Assembly (NCBI GenBank): GCA_020849425.1
Contig: JADLGH010000080.1
Location: 823 to 64,822, forward strand
Source of the DNA: Candidatus Dadabacteria bacterium
Lineage (GTDB): Bacteria > Desulfobacterota_D > UBA1144 > Nemesobacterales > UBA2774
DNA length: 64,000 bases
Direction of reading: 5' to 3'
Shown here: piece by piece, positions 1 through 8,279 of the stretch
Layout of the letters: the number at the start of each line of letters is the position of its first letter
How positions within the stretch are numbered: position 1 is the stretch's first letter
Notes under the pieces: model-generated
What the model was told of the DNA's origin: nothing
The model's input: the letters and a program-made list of their open reading frames with translations, nothing else
The model's database searches: none
Translations under genes and position numbers: made by a program

Positions 1-364
1 AGGGGCAAGTGGCTGATAGGATTCGGGGTGCTGCCGCCCCTGATAGCGCTCATCGTTTACGAGATCATTTAGCGGGGTCCGGGCGAGCAATGAGCATAAA
101 GACGCCGGAGGGCCCGCGCGGCCGGACTGATAGCGTACTTCTCGTGGTTGATACGATTCCACGGTTCCGTTTGAAAGACAGGACGCGGCAGATCGTCACC
201 GTTCCGAGGCGGATTTCGCAGCTTGACACCAAAGCCTGTCAATAGATAACCTGTATTTAACAGGAAGTATATGCAAAGAGGGGCGAAGCGGAACGCCCTT
301 CTTCGTCCCCACGATGGAAATGCTGAAAGAGTACTCCGCCGAATCCGGGTGAGGAGCTCACCGC

Positions 365-913
365 GTGAAAGCTTCGGACCAAGATACCATATATACCATC
401 GGGCACTCCACGCATAGCATGGAAGGGCTCACGGCAATGCTGAAGTCCTTCGGCGTCACGGTCCTGGTGGACATAAGGCATTTTCCGGGTTCGCGAAAAT
501 ACCCTCACTTCAACAAGGAAAATCTGGCCGCCGAATTGGAGAAAGCCGGAATAAGCTACGTCCACATGGAGGATTTGGGAGGGCGGAGAAAGGTGCGGAA
601 GGATTCGAAGAACAGCCGCTGGCGGAACGCATCGTTCCGTGGTTACGCGGATTACATGGAGACGGAAGATTTCGAGAAGGCGGCCGGGGCGCTCGAGGCT
701 ATAGCCTTAAAGCAGCCGACGGCTTACATGTGCTCGGAGGCGGTCTGGTGGCGCTGTCACCGCTCGATGGTGTCGGATTATCTGAAAGCGAGGGGCTGGC
801 GCGTGCTGCACATCATGGCCGCCGGGAAAGCGGAAGAGCATGCTTATACCTCGCCGGCGCGCGTCGAGGGACGCCGCGTTTATTATTCGGACGGAGGCTT
901 GTTCGACAGGTGA
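365..913 (+). CDS. DUF488 domain-containing protein
   Basis: 182-aa ORF. The pattern IYTIGHS..VLVDIRHFPGSR..FRGYADYM..CSEAVWWRCHR is typical of the DUF488 family, recognised by eye. GTG start as in the ORF track. Confidence 0.8.
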   Translation: MKASDQDTIYTIGHSTHSMEGLTAMLKSFGVTVLVDIRHFPGSRKYPHFNKENLAAELEKAGISYVHMEDLGGRRKVRKDSKNSRWRNASFRGYADYMETEDFEKAAGALEAIALKQPTAYMCSEAVWWRCHRSMVSDYLKARGWRVLHIMAAGKAEEHAYTSPARVEGRRVYYSDGGLFDR

Positions 914-956
914 ACATCCGGCGACGGAAACAAAACCTAACACGGGGGCGATAACC

Positions 957-1172
957 ATGGCTGCAAAGTTTAAAGTGGGCGATCACGTAAGCTGGAACTC
1001 GGAAGCGGGAAGGGTTTCGGGCACGATCGTTAAAGTACACACGAAAAATTTCGATTATAAGGGTTATACGCACCACGCAACGGAAGACGAGCCGCAGTAC
1101 GAAATCAAGAGCGACAAGTCGGACCACGTGGCGGCGCACAAGGGCTCGGCGCTCACGAAAATCAAGGGTTAA
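957..1172 (+). CDS. DUF2945 (Tudor-like, hypervirulence-associated) small protein
   Basis: In-frame ATG at 957 inside ORF 840..1172 (840+117). FKVGDHVSW..GRVSGTIVKV..PQYEIKSD..HK fits the ~70-aa DUF2945 family. The upstream part of the ORF overlaps the DUF488 3' end and is probably not translated. Confidence 0.7.
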   Translation: MAAKFKVGDHVSWNSEAGRVSGTIVKVHTKNFDYKGYTHHATEDEPQYEIKSDKSDHVAAHKGSALTKIKG

Positions 1173-1243
1173 AAGAAGATAATTTCCGGGAACCGGCGCT
1201 CCGCCGTTCATAAAGACGCGGCAATGGGCGCACCCCTCCCAAA

Positions 1244-1290
1244 TACCCATGCCTTACAGTCCCGAAGGCGCATCGAGGCCGGCATGGGTA
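1244..1290 (+). terminator. Long-loop hairpin downstream of the DUF2945 gene (possible terminator)
   Basis: Perfect 10-bp inverted repeat TACCCATGCC (1244-1253) / GGCATGGGTA (1281-1290) with a 27-nt loop. Only a weak GTTTCG follows, so terminator function is uncertain. Confidence 0.25.
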
Positions 1291-1371
1291 GTTTCGACAA
1301 CGTCTCATAGCGGAACACCGCCGCCAGGGGTGCGCGGCCCGGCGCGCAATTGCAAAAGGTAGCGCGAACAA

Positions 1372-1619
1372 GACCGGCGCGAAGACGACGGGCGCGCTCG
1401 AAGGCGCATGTATACACGGGCCCGAGAAAACCGGGGAAACCGTGCGTGGAACGCGGGACCGGAGGGGTTTCAGGGCGAAACGCGCCTGGCCCAGACCGGC
1501 GCGAAGACGACGGGCGCGTTCGAAGGCGCATATATACACGGGCCCGAGACCCGGAAAACCGTGCGTGGAACGCGGGACCGGAGGGGTTTCAGGGCGAAAC
1601 GCGCCTGGCCCAGACCGGG
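1372..1619. repeat. Tandem direct repeat, two units of ~122 and ~119 bp plus the first 6 nt of a third
   Basis: Unit 1 (1372-1493) and unit 2 (1494-1612) both start GACCGGCGCGAAGACGACGGGCGCG and end GCGAAACGCGCCTGGCCCA. They differ by a few substitutions and one 3-nt indel. GACCGG restarts at 1613. Confidence 0.9.
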
Positions 1620-2176
1620 TAGTCCACGCCGGCAACCCGGTTCACCACTATGGCCTGTATCGCCAGCACGACGACTGCGAGCTCTATGATGAGCAGGTGA
1701 ACGGGCGCCGTGATTATGCCGAGGGAGATGATCACCGTAGTTGCCGCCGCCGGGGGATGCACAACGCCGAACAGAATCATGAACGCCCCCGTGGTCGCGA
1801 GCGAGACCGCCGCGGCGACGATGCGGGGATCGTGCACGCCCGACACGGTTGCAGGCGCGGCATCTACGAGACCGGTCACCCAGAGAGCGCCATAGCCGCA
1901 CAAGCTACCTATGGCATGACCGAGGATAGCGTTACGGGGACTCGATTCAGCGGAAGCCGGATTGAAGAAAACCATGAACGCGGTCGGACCGAGAGACGGA
2001 AATATGAAAGTGGTTTTCCACGCCATCGCCATAGAGGCGAGAATCGCGCACGTGACGAATCCGTTGACGAATACGAAAACGGCCCAGATAATTCGCGGCG
2101 GGAAACGCTCGATCAATCCCGGGAGACGTAATCGTCCGAGAAGTTCCCTGATCTCTCCGCCAGATTTCTCTTCCAT
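1589..2176 (-). CDS. HPP family membrane protein
   Basis: 195 aa with several hydrophobic helices and the signature GVVHPPAAATT (HPP motif). The last ~10 codons and the stop lie inside repeat unit 2. Confidence 0.8.
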   Translation of the reverse strand: MEEKSGGEIRELLGRLRLPGLIERFPPRIIWAVFVFVNGFVTCAILASMAMAWKTTFIFPSLGPTAFMVFFNPASAESSPRNAILGHAIGSLCGYGALWVTGLVDAAPATVSGVHDPRIVAAAVSLATTGAFMILFGVVHPPAAATTVIISLGIITAPVHLLIIELAVVVLAIQAIVVNRVAGVDYPVWARRVSP

Positions 2177-2480
2177 TAGAGGAGCCCTCCGCTCAACCGG
2201 TATGTCGTCCCCGAAAAACCTCCGGGTATCATCGAAATCGCCTCATTCGTCGCCAGTTGTAAAAGGCGCTCGACGAACTCGATGGCTTCACCCACTAAGA
2301 CATTCAGTTCTACCATATTAATCAAGAAGCCCGATACGGAATTCTATGCCAGAATAGAATCAACGGCAATGACCAAGATCAGCGCGGAAGAAAAAGCCCG
2401 GAACCCCGCAGCCGGAACGTCCGCGGATTATGAAAGCGAGACATGAATAGATTCCGGATCAGCGTCAGGACCTGTCTTGC

Positions 2481-4208
2481 TTACTTCGCCGGGCGGCGAC
2501 GCCTCCGCGTGCGCCAGCCGAGATAGACGGCCCCAAGGACGGCGAGCACCATGAGCGGCCCGGTGAAGATCATGAAGAGCGTCTTGTCCCTGGTCGCCTT
2601 CGCGTCCCGGAGGCTCCACGCCTCGTCGCGTATCCTCGCCAGGTGGCCGAGCACATCGGCGTAGCCGTACCACCACGCATAATCAGGGCTCATGTGGAAA
2701 GCCCCCTTGTAGGATTTAAGGTTCGAGAAGAAGAACATGTCGAAGTATTCGCGCTCGATCGAGGCGACGTTGAAATAAAGGCCCGCGGGCCAGTGCTGGG
2801 CGAACCCGCCCGGTATGTCGATCGCCGTGAACCGCGGGCCGGGCAGGAGACCAGCAGCCATCTGGCCGTGGCTCGGCTTGATGAGCCCGTCGTCGTAGAG
2901 ACCCTCCAGTATGCCCCTCGCCTCGACGACGAGGGCGTCGCCCGCGAGCTTGTGCGCGTCGGCCGATTCGAGATAGTACCGCGCCTTGTCCTCGGAATGG
3001 CATGACATACAGACCTTTATCATTTCGTTCCGTTTCGTCTGATTTTCGGGCTCGAGCGTTATGTCGACGAGCTCGCCGTCGGAGGCCTGCGTGCCCATGC
3101 CCCAGATGATCTTCCGAGTCATGTTGTGGCTCGTGTACCTCTTGCCGTTCTCGTCCACGTAGAGCATGTGGCAGTAGGAGCACGTGGGCGTGTCGTACCC
3201 GGCCTCGGCGAGAGGCACCGTCCAGTCCCACGAGTCACCGCGGGCGGTGTATATAGAGCCGTGCTTCGAGCTCATGTACGCCTCGTAGTTCGGATGGTCG
3301 GGGCCCATGTGGCATGTGTAGCACGCCTCGGGCTTCCGCGCCTCTTCGAGGTTAAAGGAGTGGCGAGTATGGCAGGCGATGCATCCGTTACGGTAATCGA
3401 GGCTGCTCGTGTCGATGTATTTCATCTTCTCGTCGCTCCAGTATTCGGCGTTCGTCGCTCCGGCCTGGGCGTGGCACGGGTCGCAGCCCATCTGCATGAC
3501 CTTCCTCGGCATCTGCTTGTAGTTGGGCACTCCTATGTTGCGCTCCCAGTTTATTCCGAGGCCGCCGGGGCCGGGGCCGTAAGAATGCCCCGCGTCGAGG
3601 ACGTGCTCCTTGTAGATCTGTGCGTGGCACGCCGCGCACGTGGTTTCGGGGACCCTCCCTCTCGACGCCATTATGACGTCGTGGTCGGTCCCGTGGCAGT
3701 TGGCGCACGTCAGCTGCTTGAGGGGGAAATCGACGAGCGGATTCTGAGCGCCCTCGAGCCCCATAGCGCCCGACTCGAACTGGCTCACGAGCTCGGGGTG
3801 GAGCGTCTTGTGGCAAGGGGCGCACGATTCGGGGTCGAGCACGCCCTGCGGGATGTCCTTTTGCAGCCTCTCCGGCGGCGGGGGGACTTTTTTAAGGTAC
3901 GCGTAAATCTCGCGCACGTCTTCGTCGCTGACCGCCTGTGGGGGGAAGGGGGGCATTATGTCCCTCGGCTTTCGAACCTGGCTCAGGAATGTATCGAGCG
4001 TGAGCGTCGTGTGCGCAAGCGACGGCCCCACGCCGCCGCGGCCGCTTATGCCGTGGCAGCCCAGGCACCCCCTGGATATGAAAAGCGTATTACCGTCCGT
4101 CGCGTCATCGGCTCCCGAGGGAACAGTGAGCAGAATGGCGAGCAGAAAAAGAGAAAAGAGCAGGCCGGTCACGCCTGACGGGGCTCGTTTCCCAAGCATT
4201 GTTTCCAT
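2481..4208 (-). CDS. Multiheme cytochrome c, hydroxylamine oxidoreductase (HAO) family, with an N-terminal monoheme cytochrome c domain and a C-terminal TM anchor
   Basis: 575 aa. Signal-peptide-like N-terminus and nine CxxCH motifs (CLGCH, CAPCH, CANCH, CAACH, CDPCH, CIACH, CYTCH, CSYCH, CMSCH). HAO-like blocks CHTRHSF..RKPEACYTCHMGPDH..EAY.SSKHG and CMSCHSEDKARYYL. Ends in a hydrophobic helix plus an Arg-rich tail. Confidence 0.9.
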   Translation of the reverse strand: METMLGKRAPSGVTGLLFSLFLLAILLTVPSGADDATDGNTLFISRGCLGCHGISGRGGVGPSLAHTTLTLDTFLSQVRKPRDIMPPFPPQAVSDEDVREIYAYLKKVPPPPERLQKDIPQGVLDPESCAPCHKTLHPELVSQFESGAMGLEGAQNPLVDFPLKQLTCANCHGTDHDVIMASRGRVPETTCAACHAQIYKEHVLDAGHSYGPGPGGLGINWERNIGVPNYKQMPRKVMQMGCDPCHAQAGATNAEYWSDEKMKYIDTSSLDYRNGCIACHTRHSFNLEEARKPEACYTCHMGPDHPNYEAYMSSKHGSIYTARGDSWDWTVPLAEAGYDTPTCSYCHMLYVDENGKRYTSHNMTRKIIWGMGTQASDGELVDITLEPENQTKRNEMIKVCMSCHSEDKARYYLESADAHKLAGDALVVEARGILEGLYDDGLIKPSHGQMAAGLLPGPRFTAIDIPGGFAQHWPAGLYFNVASIEREYFDMFFFSNLKSYKGAFHMSPDYAWWYGYADVLGHLARIRDEAWSLRDAKATRDKTLFMIFTGPLMVLAVLGAVYLGWRTRRRRRPAK

Positions 4209-4468
4209 CTTAACAAAATTTTTGGCGAATTTGAAGATAAAAATTTTCCTTTTTTCCGGGAGGGCGGAGTATATACAGCGGCGCGTTTTGAATTTCGCCG
4301 TAGACGGAGCAGAGCCGGTGTCTCCCGAGACCGGGGTGGCTGCAATTACACGTTTACTTAAATTCCGGATTAGTTTCCGCCAATATTCGACGGGAGAAAG
4401 TTTTCACCGGTTTAGAGTGAGAATCGATACCGTGCGGGTTAAGTCTCTGTAGCCGAGGTCGAAAGGTA

Positions 4469-4541
<73 letters not shown>

Positions 4542-4775
4542 ATAGATGTTTTACTTGGAATGGGGCCCTGGATTAAAACCATCAAAGTTCATCCAAAAAG
4601 CGGATTTTATTTTACCCAACGATAAATTTTCAGGCAAGGGCAAGCGAGGCCGCCCCGGCATAAAGGCAAAAAGGGGAGAACAGCATGAAGCCCGTTGCCG
4701 TTCTCCCCCCGCCCACACAAAGGAGATATTGAGAGATGAGAATTTTTAAATCCCGTCTCCGGTTTTTTCAGATTA

Positions 4776-6116
4776 TTACAGCTCTATCCAGTAGAGGAGC
4801 TGTCCCATAACGCCGTACTGATCCTTCTTGAGGCCGTCGTCCTTGGTGATGAAGTAACGCTCGTCGGAATGGTCCCACCTGAACTCGGCCCTGGCCTCGA
4901 AGTTGTCGAGGTACCTGTTGTTGGCGATGAGCCCCTTGAAGGGTTTTAAGGCTATGGTCGGCGTGAATTCGAAGAGCTTCTGTGCGAGCCCGGTCCTGTA
5001 GCCGTCTTTGTCGTCGAAATACTCGCCCCTTAGCGCCAGCGTGACAGCCGGGTGCGGATCGACGATGACGTAGCCCGCGACGCCCCACCAGGATACCCCC
5101 TCTTCGTTTCCGAACTCGTCGAATACGACGTCCTGCTGCCAGCCGAAGTCGGCGTCGGCAACGAGGGTGAGCTTGTCGAAGAAGGTGACGCTCGCGACCG
5201 CCGTTATGAGCTCTCTCCATCCCTCTCCGCCGAATCCGAGTCCGCTCGGCTCCTTGCCGAAGATGCCCGTGACGCCTACCCAGGCGCTCGTAATCGTGTC
5301 GCCGGAGTAGTCGAACGCTATCTGGCTTTCTATCGTCGGGGAGTCGTTCAGCTCCTGGACCTGGTCCCAGCCGTTGTTGAGTCCGGCCGTGAGCGTCAGC
5401 ATTCCTGCCGTATAGCCGAACCTGATACCGGTGTGGGTGAACGGGAGGGCGTAGCCGAACAGGATGCCGCGCGAGATGTTCGGGTTCTTGTAGCCCTCTA
5501 TGACCTCGTAGCCCGCGAGGGTGACGAAGCGCCCGGCGTAGATGTTAAGCCCGGTACCGACAGGCGCGAGCACGTGGAGGTAGGCCTGGTACGGGTCTAC
5601 GACGTCGCTGTCGAAGCCGTCGCCGCCGAGCTCGCCCGCCTGCTCACCGAAGAGGATGTCGGCCCTGAAGCCGAGAAGGTCCATGAGGCCGCCGTCCATC
5701 GTCGGTGTTTTAGACACCGATATGGTGAAGGCGTTTAGGGAGAACTGCTGGTTGTCCGGGTAGAGCGCCCTTAGCTGGAGGCTGTCCGTCACCCCGCGGT
5801 TAAATACGTATTGATACGTCGTGTCCACGGCAAAACCGAGGTCGATGGAATCGAAGAAGGTCATGATACCGTCGTACTTAAGGTCCTTGGCCTCCTGCGC
5901 GGTCACGAACTTCTCGAATTCGGCATCCTTGGCTGCGTTGTCGGATTCGAGCTGCTGTATCCTCCTCATGAGCTCCTCGTTCTGCTTACTGTTCTGCTCT
6001 ATCATCTGCTTGAGCTGCTGGATCTCCATTTCGGTGCCGCCCTGCGCAAACGATTTATCCAAACAAAGGTACGATACGGCTGTCAAGATCAAAAACATTA
6101 TCGTGAACCTTTTCAT
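4776..6116 (-). CDS. Outer-membrane beta-barrel porin-like protein (DUF1597/OmpL-like by eye) with an N-terminal coiled coil
   Basis: 446 aa. Signal peptide MKRFTIMFLILTAVSYLCLDKSFAQG, then a coiled-coil stretch (QQLKQMIEQNSKQNEELMRRIQQLE). The rest is an alternating G/Y/F/D-rich beta-strand pattern to the C-terminus. Family name is from memory. Confidence 0.6.
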   Translation of the reverse strand: MKRFTIMFLILTAVSYLCLDKSFAQGGTEMEIQQLKQMIEQNSKQNEELMRRIQQLESDNAAKDAEFEKFVTAQEAKDLKYDGIMTFFDSIDLGFAVDTTYQYVFNRGVTDSLQLRALYPDNQQFSLNAFTISVSKTPTMDGGLMDLLGFRADILFGEQAGELGGDGFDSDVVDPYQAYLHVLAPVGTGLNIYAGRFVTLAGYEVIEGYKNPNISRGILFGYALPFTHTGIRFGYTAGMLTLTAGLNNGWDQVQELNDSPTIESQIAFDYSGDTITSAWVGVTGIFGKEPSGLGFGGEGWRELITAVASVTFFDKLTLVADADFGWQQDVVFDEFGNEEGVSWWGVAGYVIVDPHPAVTLALRGEYFDDKDGYRTGLAQKLFEFTPTIALKPFKGLIANNRYLDNFEARAEFRWDHSDERYFITKDDGLKKDQYGVMGQLLYWIEL

Positions 6117-6358
6117 ATCTCACGTGCCCTCCTTCAAGTTATTTTATTCACCTTTGATATCCCGAGACCTGAACGACGAGGCCCGGGATAAACGAGTCCG
6201 TCCACCTTTCGAGAAAGCACCTCCCGAAGTGGTTATTAAGCCGCCACTCCCAGGATGGAGCGCCCGGGATATCAGCGCCGTTCCTTTAATCTTCGACCGA
6301 GTCCCTTTAACCTCGTATCTTCCGGGAGGGACGCCGAAGCCGCATTGCGGTTAATTTT

Positions 6359-6374
6359 TGCAAGCGCTATGCCA
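6359..6374 (-). promoter_or_regulatory. Sigma-54 (-24/-12) type promoter upstream of the porin gene
   Basis: The minus strand reads TGGCATAGCGCTTGCA, i.e. TGGCAT-N5-TTGCA. GG and GC have consensus spacing (consensus TGGCAC-N5-TTGCW). It lies ~240 nt upstream of the porin ATG (6116). Confidence 0.55.
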
Positions 6375-6683
6375 CTCGAGCCGTAAAAAAATCACGAGGA
6401 ACGGTTATACGTTATCCGGCTGGTATCATTTGAATAATTGCTGAAAGTAGATTTCCTGGACGGAAAAACAGGTGTATTTGCAGCCTAGTTATTGAGCACG
6501 CAGGTTTGATTTGTGGGCATGTTTACCCGGGACCTAAGACCGGCCGGACATGGTCCAGGGCACCACGCCGGAAATGCGGCGGGGCGTATGCTGCGGGCCG
6601 TATGCGGCGGACCGTAGAAGAGCCGGGCGAGGCTGATTAGAGGAACCAGGGCGGCGCCAGCCCGGCGGGGCGGAAGTGATTAC

Positions 6684-6731
6684 AAATATAATAAGCCGGC
6701 TTTCGCTAAATATAATAAGCCGGCTCTCGCC
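6684..6731. repeat. 24-bp tandem direct repeat (2 copies) just 3' of the MFS gene
   Basis: AAATATAATAAGCCGGCT occurs at 6684-6701 and 6708-6725. Each copy contains the palindrome AGCCGGCT and is followed by 6 related nt. A GCCCCCGGGGGGGC palindrome is adjacent. Confidence 0.8.
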
Positions 6732-6746
6732 CCCGGGGGGGCCGCG

Positions 6747-8081
6747 TCAGTCGAGGGCCTTGCCCTTCGTTTCGGGAAGGGTGAGGACGACCAGGGCCGC
6801 GGCCACGGCGAAAACGGACACGGCCGTGAGGCCGGTCGCAAAGCCGTACGCCCCCACGAGATAGCCTATGAGCGGCGGGGCTATTGCGGACACGCCCCTT
6901 CCGACGTTGTAGCAAAAGCCCTGTGCCGTGCCGCGCGCACGCGTGGGGAATATCTCGGAGAATATGGCGCCGAAGCCGGAATAAAAGCCCGTGCCGAAAA
7001 AGCCGATCAACGGGCCGAGCACGATAACGGCCTCCAGGCTCCGGGCGTGGCCGAAGAACCAGACGAGGACCGCCATTATGAGACGGTAGGCGACGAAGAC
7101 GGGCCTTCTGCCGAACTTGTCGCTGAAGAATCCGAACGTGTTACAGCCTATGAACGCGCCTATATTAATGGGGATAATCCAGAGAAAGCCCTGGGTATCG
7201 AGGCCGATCCCCTTGTCGCTGGCCAGGAACTGGGGAAGCCAGAAATAGAGGCCCCAGTACGCGATCATGCAGAGGCTCGTCAGGAGACACGCCGTAATCG
7301 TATAGCGGATGAGGTCGGGGGCGAATATCTGTCCGAGCGTAAACCCGTGCCCCTGCTCTGTGTGTTTGCCCTCGTCCCTGTGGGCCTTGTTCTCCTTCCA
7401 GACCTCGGGCTCGTCGAGGTGCCGCCTTATGTAAAAGACGAGGAACGCGGGCGCGACGCCTATGAAGAAGAGTATCCTCCAGCCGAGGTCGAGGCCGTCG
7501 AGGGTGACGTTCAGAACGGGGATCGTGTACGAAACCCCTTCCTTGAATGTCGGGATTACGAGCGTAGCAAGTATAGCGGCCAGGATGTAGCCCAGGCCCC
7601 AGCCGCTCTGAACCATGCCGATGACCTTTCCCCTGTGTTCTTTAGGCCATTTTTCGGCGACAAGCACCTCGCCCGAAGCCCATTCGCCGCCCATGCCGAG
7701 GCCGAGTATGGCGCGGCATACGAGAAGGAACGCGACGTTCGGGGAGAAGGCGCTTATGCCTGTGAAGACCGAATACAGTATTATCGTGTACGTGAGGGCC
7801 CTTACCCTGCCGACGTAGTCGGATATTATGCCGAAGAGAGCGCCGCCGAATGCGGACGCGAAGAGCGTTACGGAGAAGAGCGCGCCGACCTCGGCTTCCG
7901 TGAGGTTGAATACGTGACCGATGGACGCCACGGCGAAGGCGAAAAGGAGGAGGTCCATCGCGTCGAGCGTCCAGCCCATAAACGCTGCGATAAAAGCGCG
8001 CCACTGGTCTTTATCGATATCCTTCCGCCACGCAAACAACCCGCCTCCCGGGGAAGCGGTTCCAGACCGGTCGTCGCTCAT
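6747..8081 (-). CDS. MFS transporter
   Basis: 444 aa with ~12 hydrophobic segments. MFS loop motifs are present (SDYVGRVRAL; FSDKFGRRPVF). Confidence 0.85.
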   Translation of the reverse strand: MSDDRSGTASPGGGLFAWRKDIDKDQWRAFIAAFMGWTLDAMDLLLFAFAVASIGHVFNLTEAEVGALFSVTLFASAFGGALFGIISDYVGRVRALTYTIILYSVFTGISAFSPNVAFLLVCRAILGLGMGGEWASGEVLVAEKWPKEHRGKVIGMVQSGWGLGYILAAILATLVIPTFKEGVSYTIPVLNVTLDGLDLGWRILFFIGVAPAFLVFYIRRHLDEPEVWKENKAHRDEGKHTEQGHGFTLGQIFAPDLIRYTITACLLTSLCMIAYWGLYFWLPQFLASDKGIGLDTQGFLWIIPINIGAFIGCNTFGFFSDKFGRRPVFVAYRLIMAVLVWFFGHARSLEAVIVLGPLIGFFGTGFYSGFGAIFSEIFPTRARGTAQGFCYNVGRGVSAIAPPLIGYLVGAYGFATGLTAVSVFAVAAALVVLTLPETKGKALD

Positions 8082-8279
8082 ATTGTTTCTCCAATCATCC
8101 AGTGCCTACCGGGGTGTTTTTCCATCGTACTAAATTTCCGAAAAAGTGTCAATCCCTTACCGCCCCGAATCAAGCCGTTATATATAGAATATAATTTATA
8201 AAGTACATCACGGCCGCCGTTTTCTCACCTCCATTCTTTTCTTGACTTGCCGGCGGGTCAACGTTAAATTTGAGGCGAC

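Noticed and set aside
9-245. 78-aa ORF at the left edge, and possible partial genes on the minus strand in 1..360
   Set aside because: No motif, no SD, Arg/Pro-rich composition. Manual translation of the minus strand gave only short or implausible frames. Left as unassigned.
1372-1619. Possibility that the tandem repeat is a CRISPR array
   Set aside because: The units are ~120 bp and directly abutting, with no unique spacers, and there are only two copies. No cas genes are in the window.
1162-2131. Five overlapping ORFs (1162..1635-, 1208..1531-, 1350..1622+, 1408..1689+, 1442..2131+) with repetitive Arg/Pro/Gly-rich products
   Set aside because: They read through the ~120-bp tandem repeat in several frames, so the internal repeats in the 'proteins' are just the DNA repeat. 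1442..2131 is also the mirror frame of the HPP gene.
6117-6350. Riboswitch in the porin 5' leader
   Set aside because: I compared it by eye with the remembered cores of c-di-GMP-I/II, cobalamin, ZTP, SAM-I, guanidine-I, fluoride, Moco and Mn riboswitches, and none of the conserved boxes is present. The long leader is kept only as an observation in the findings.
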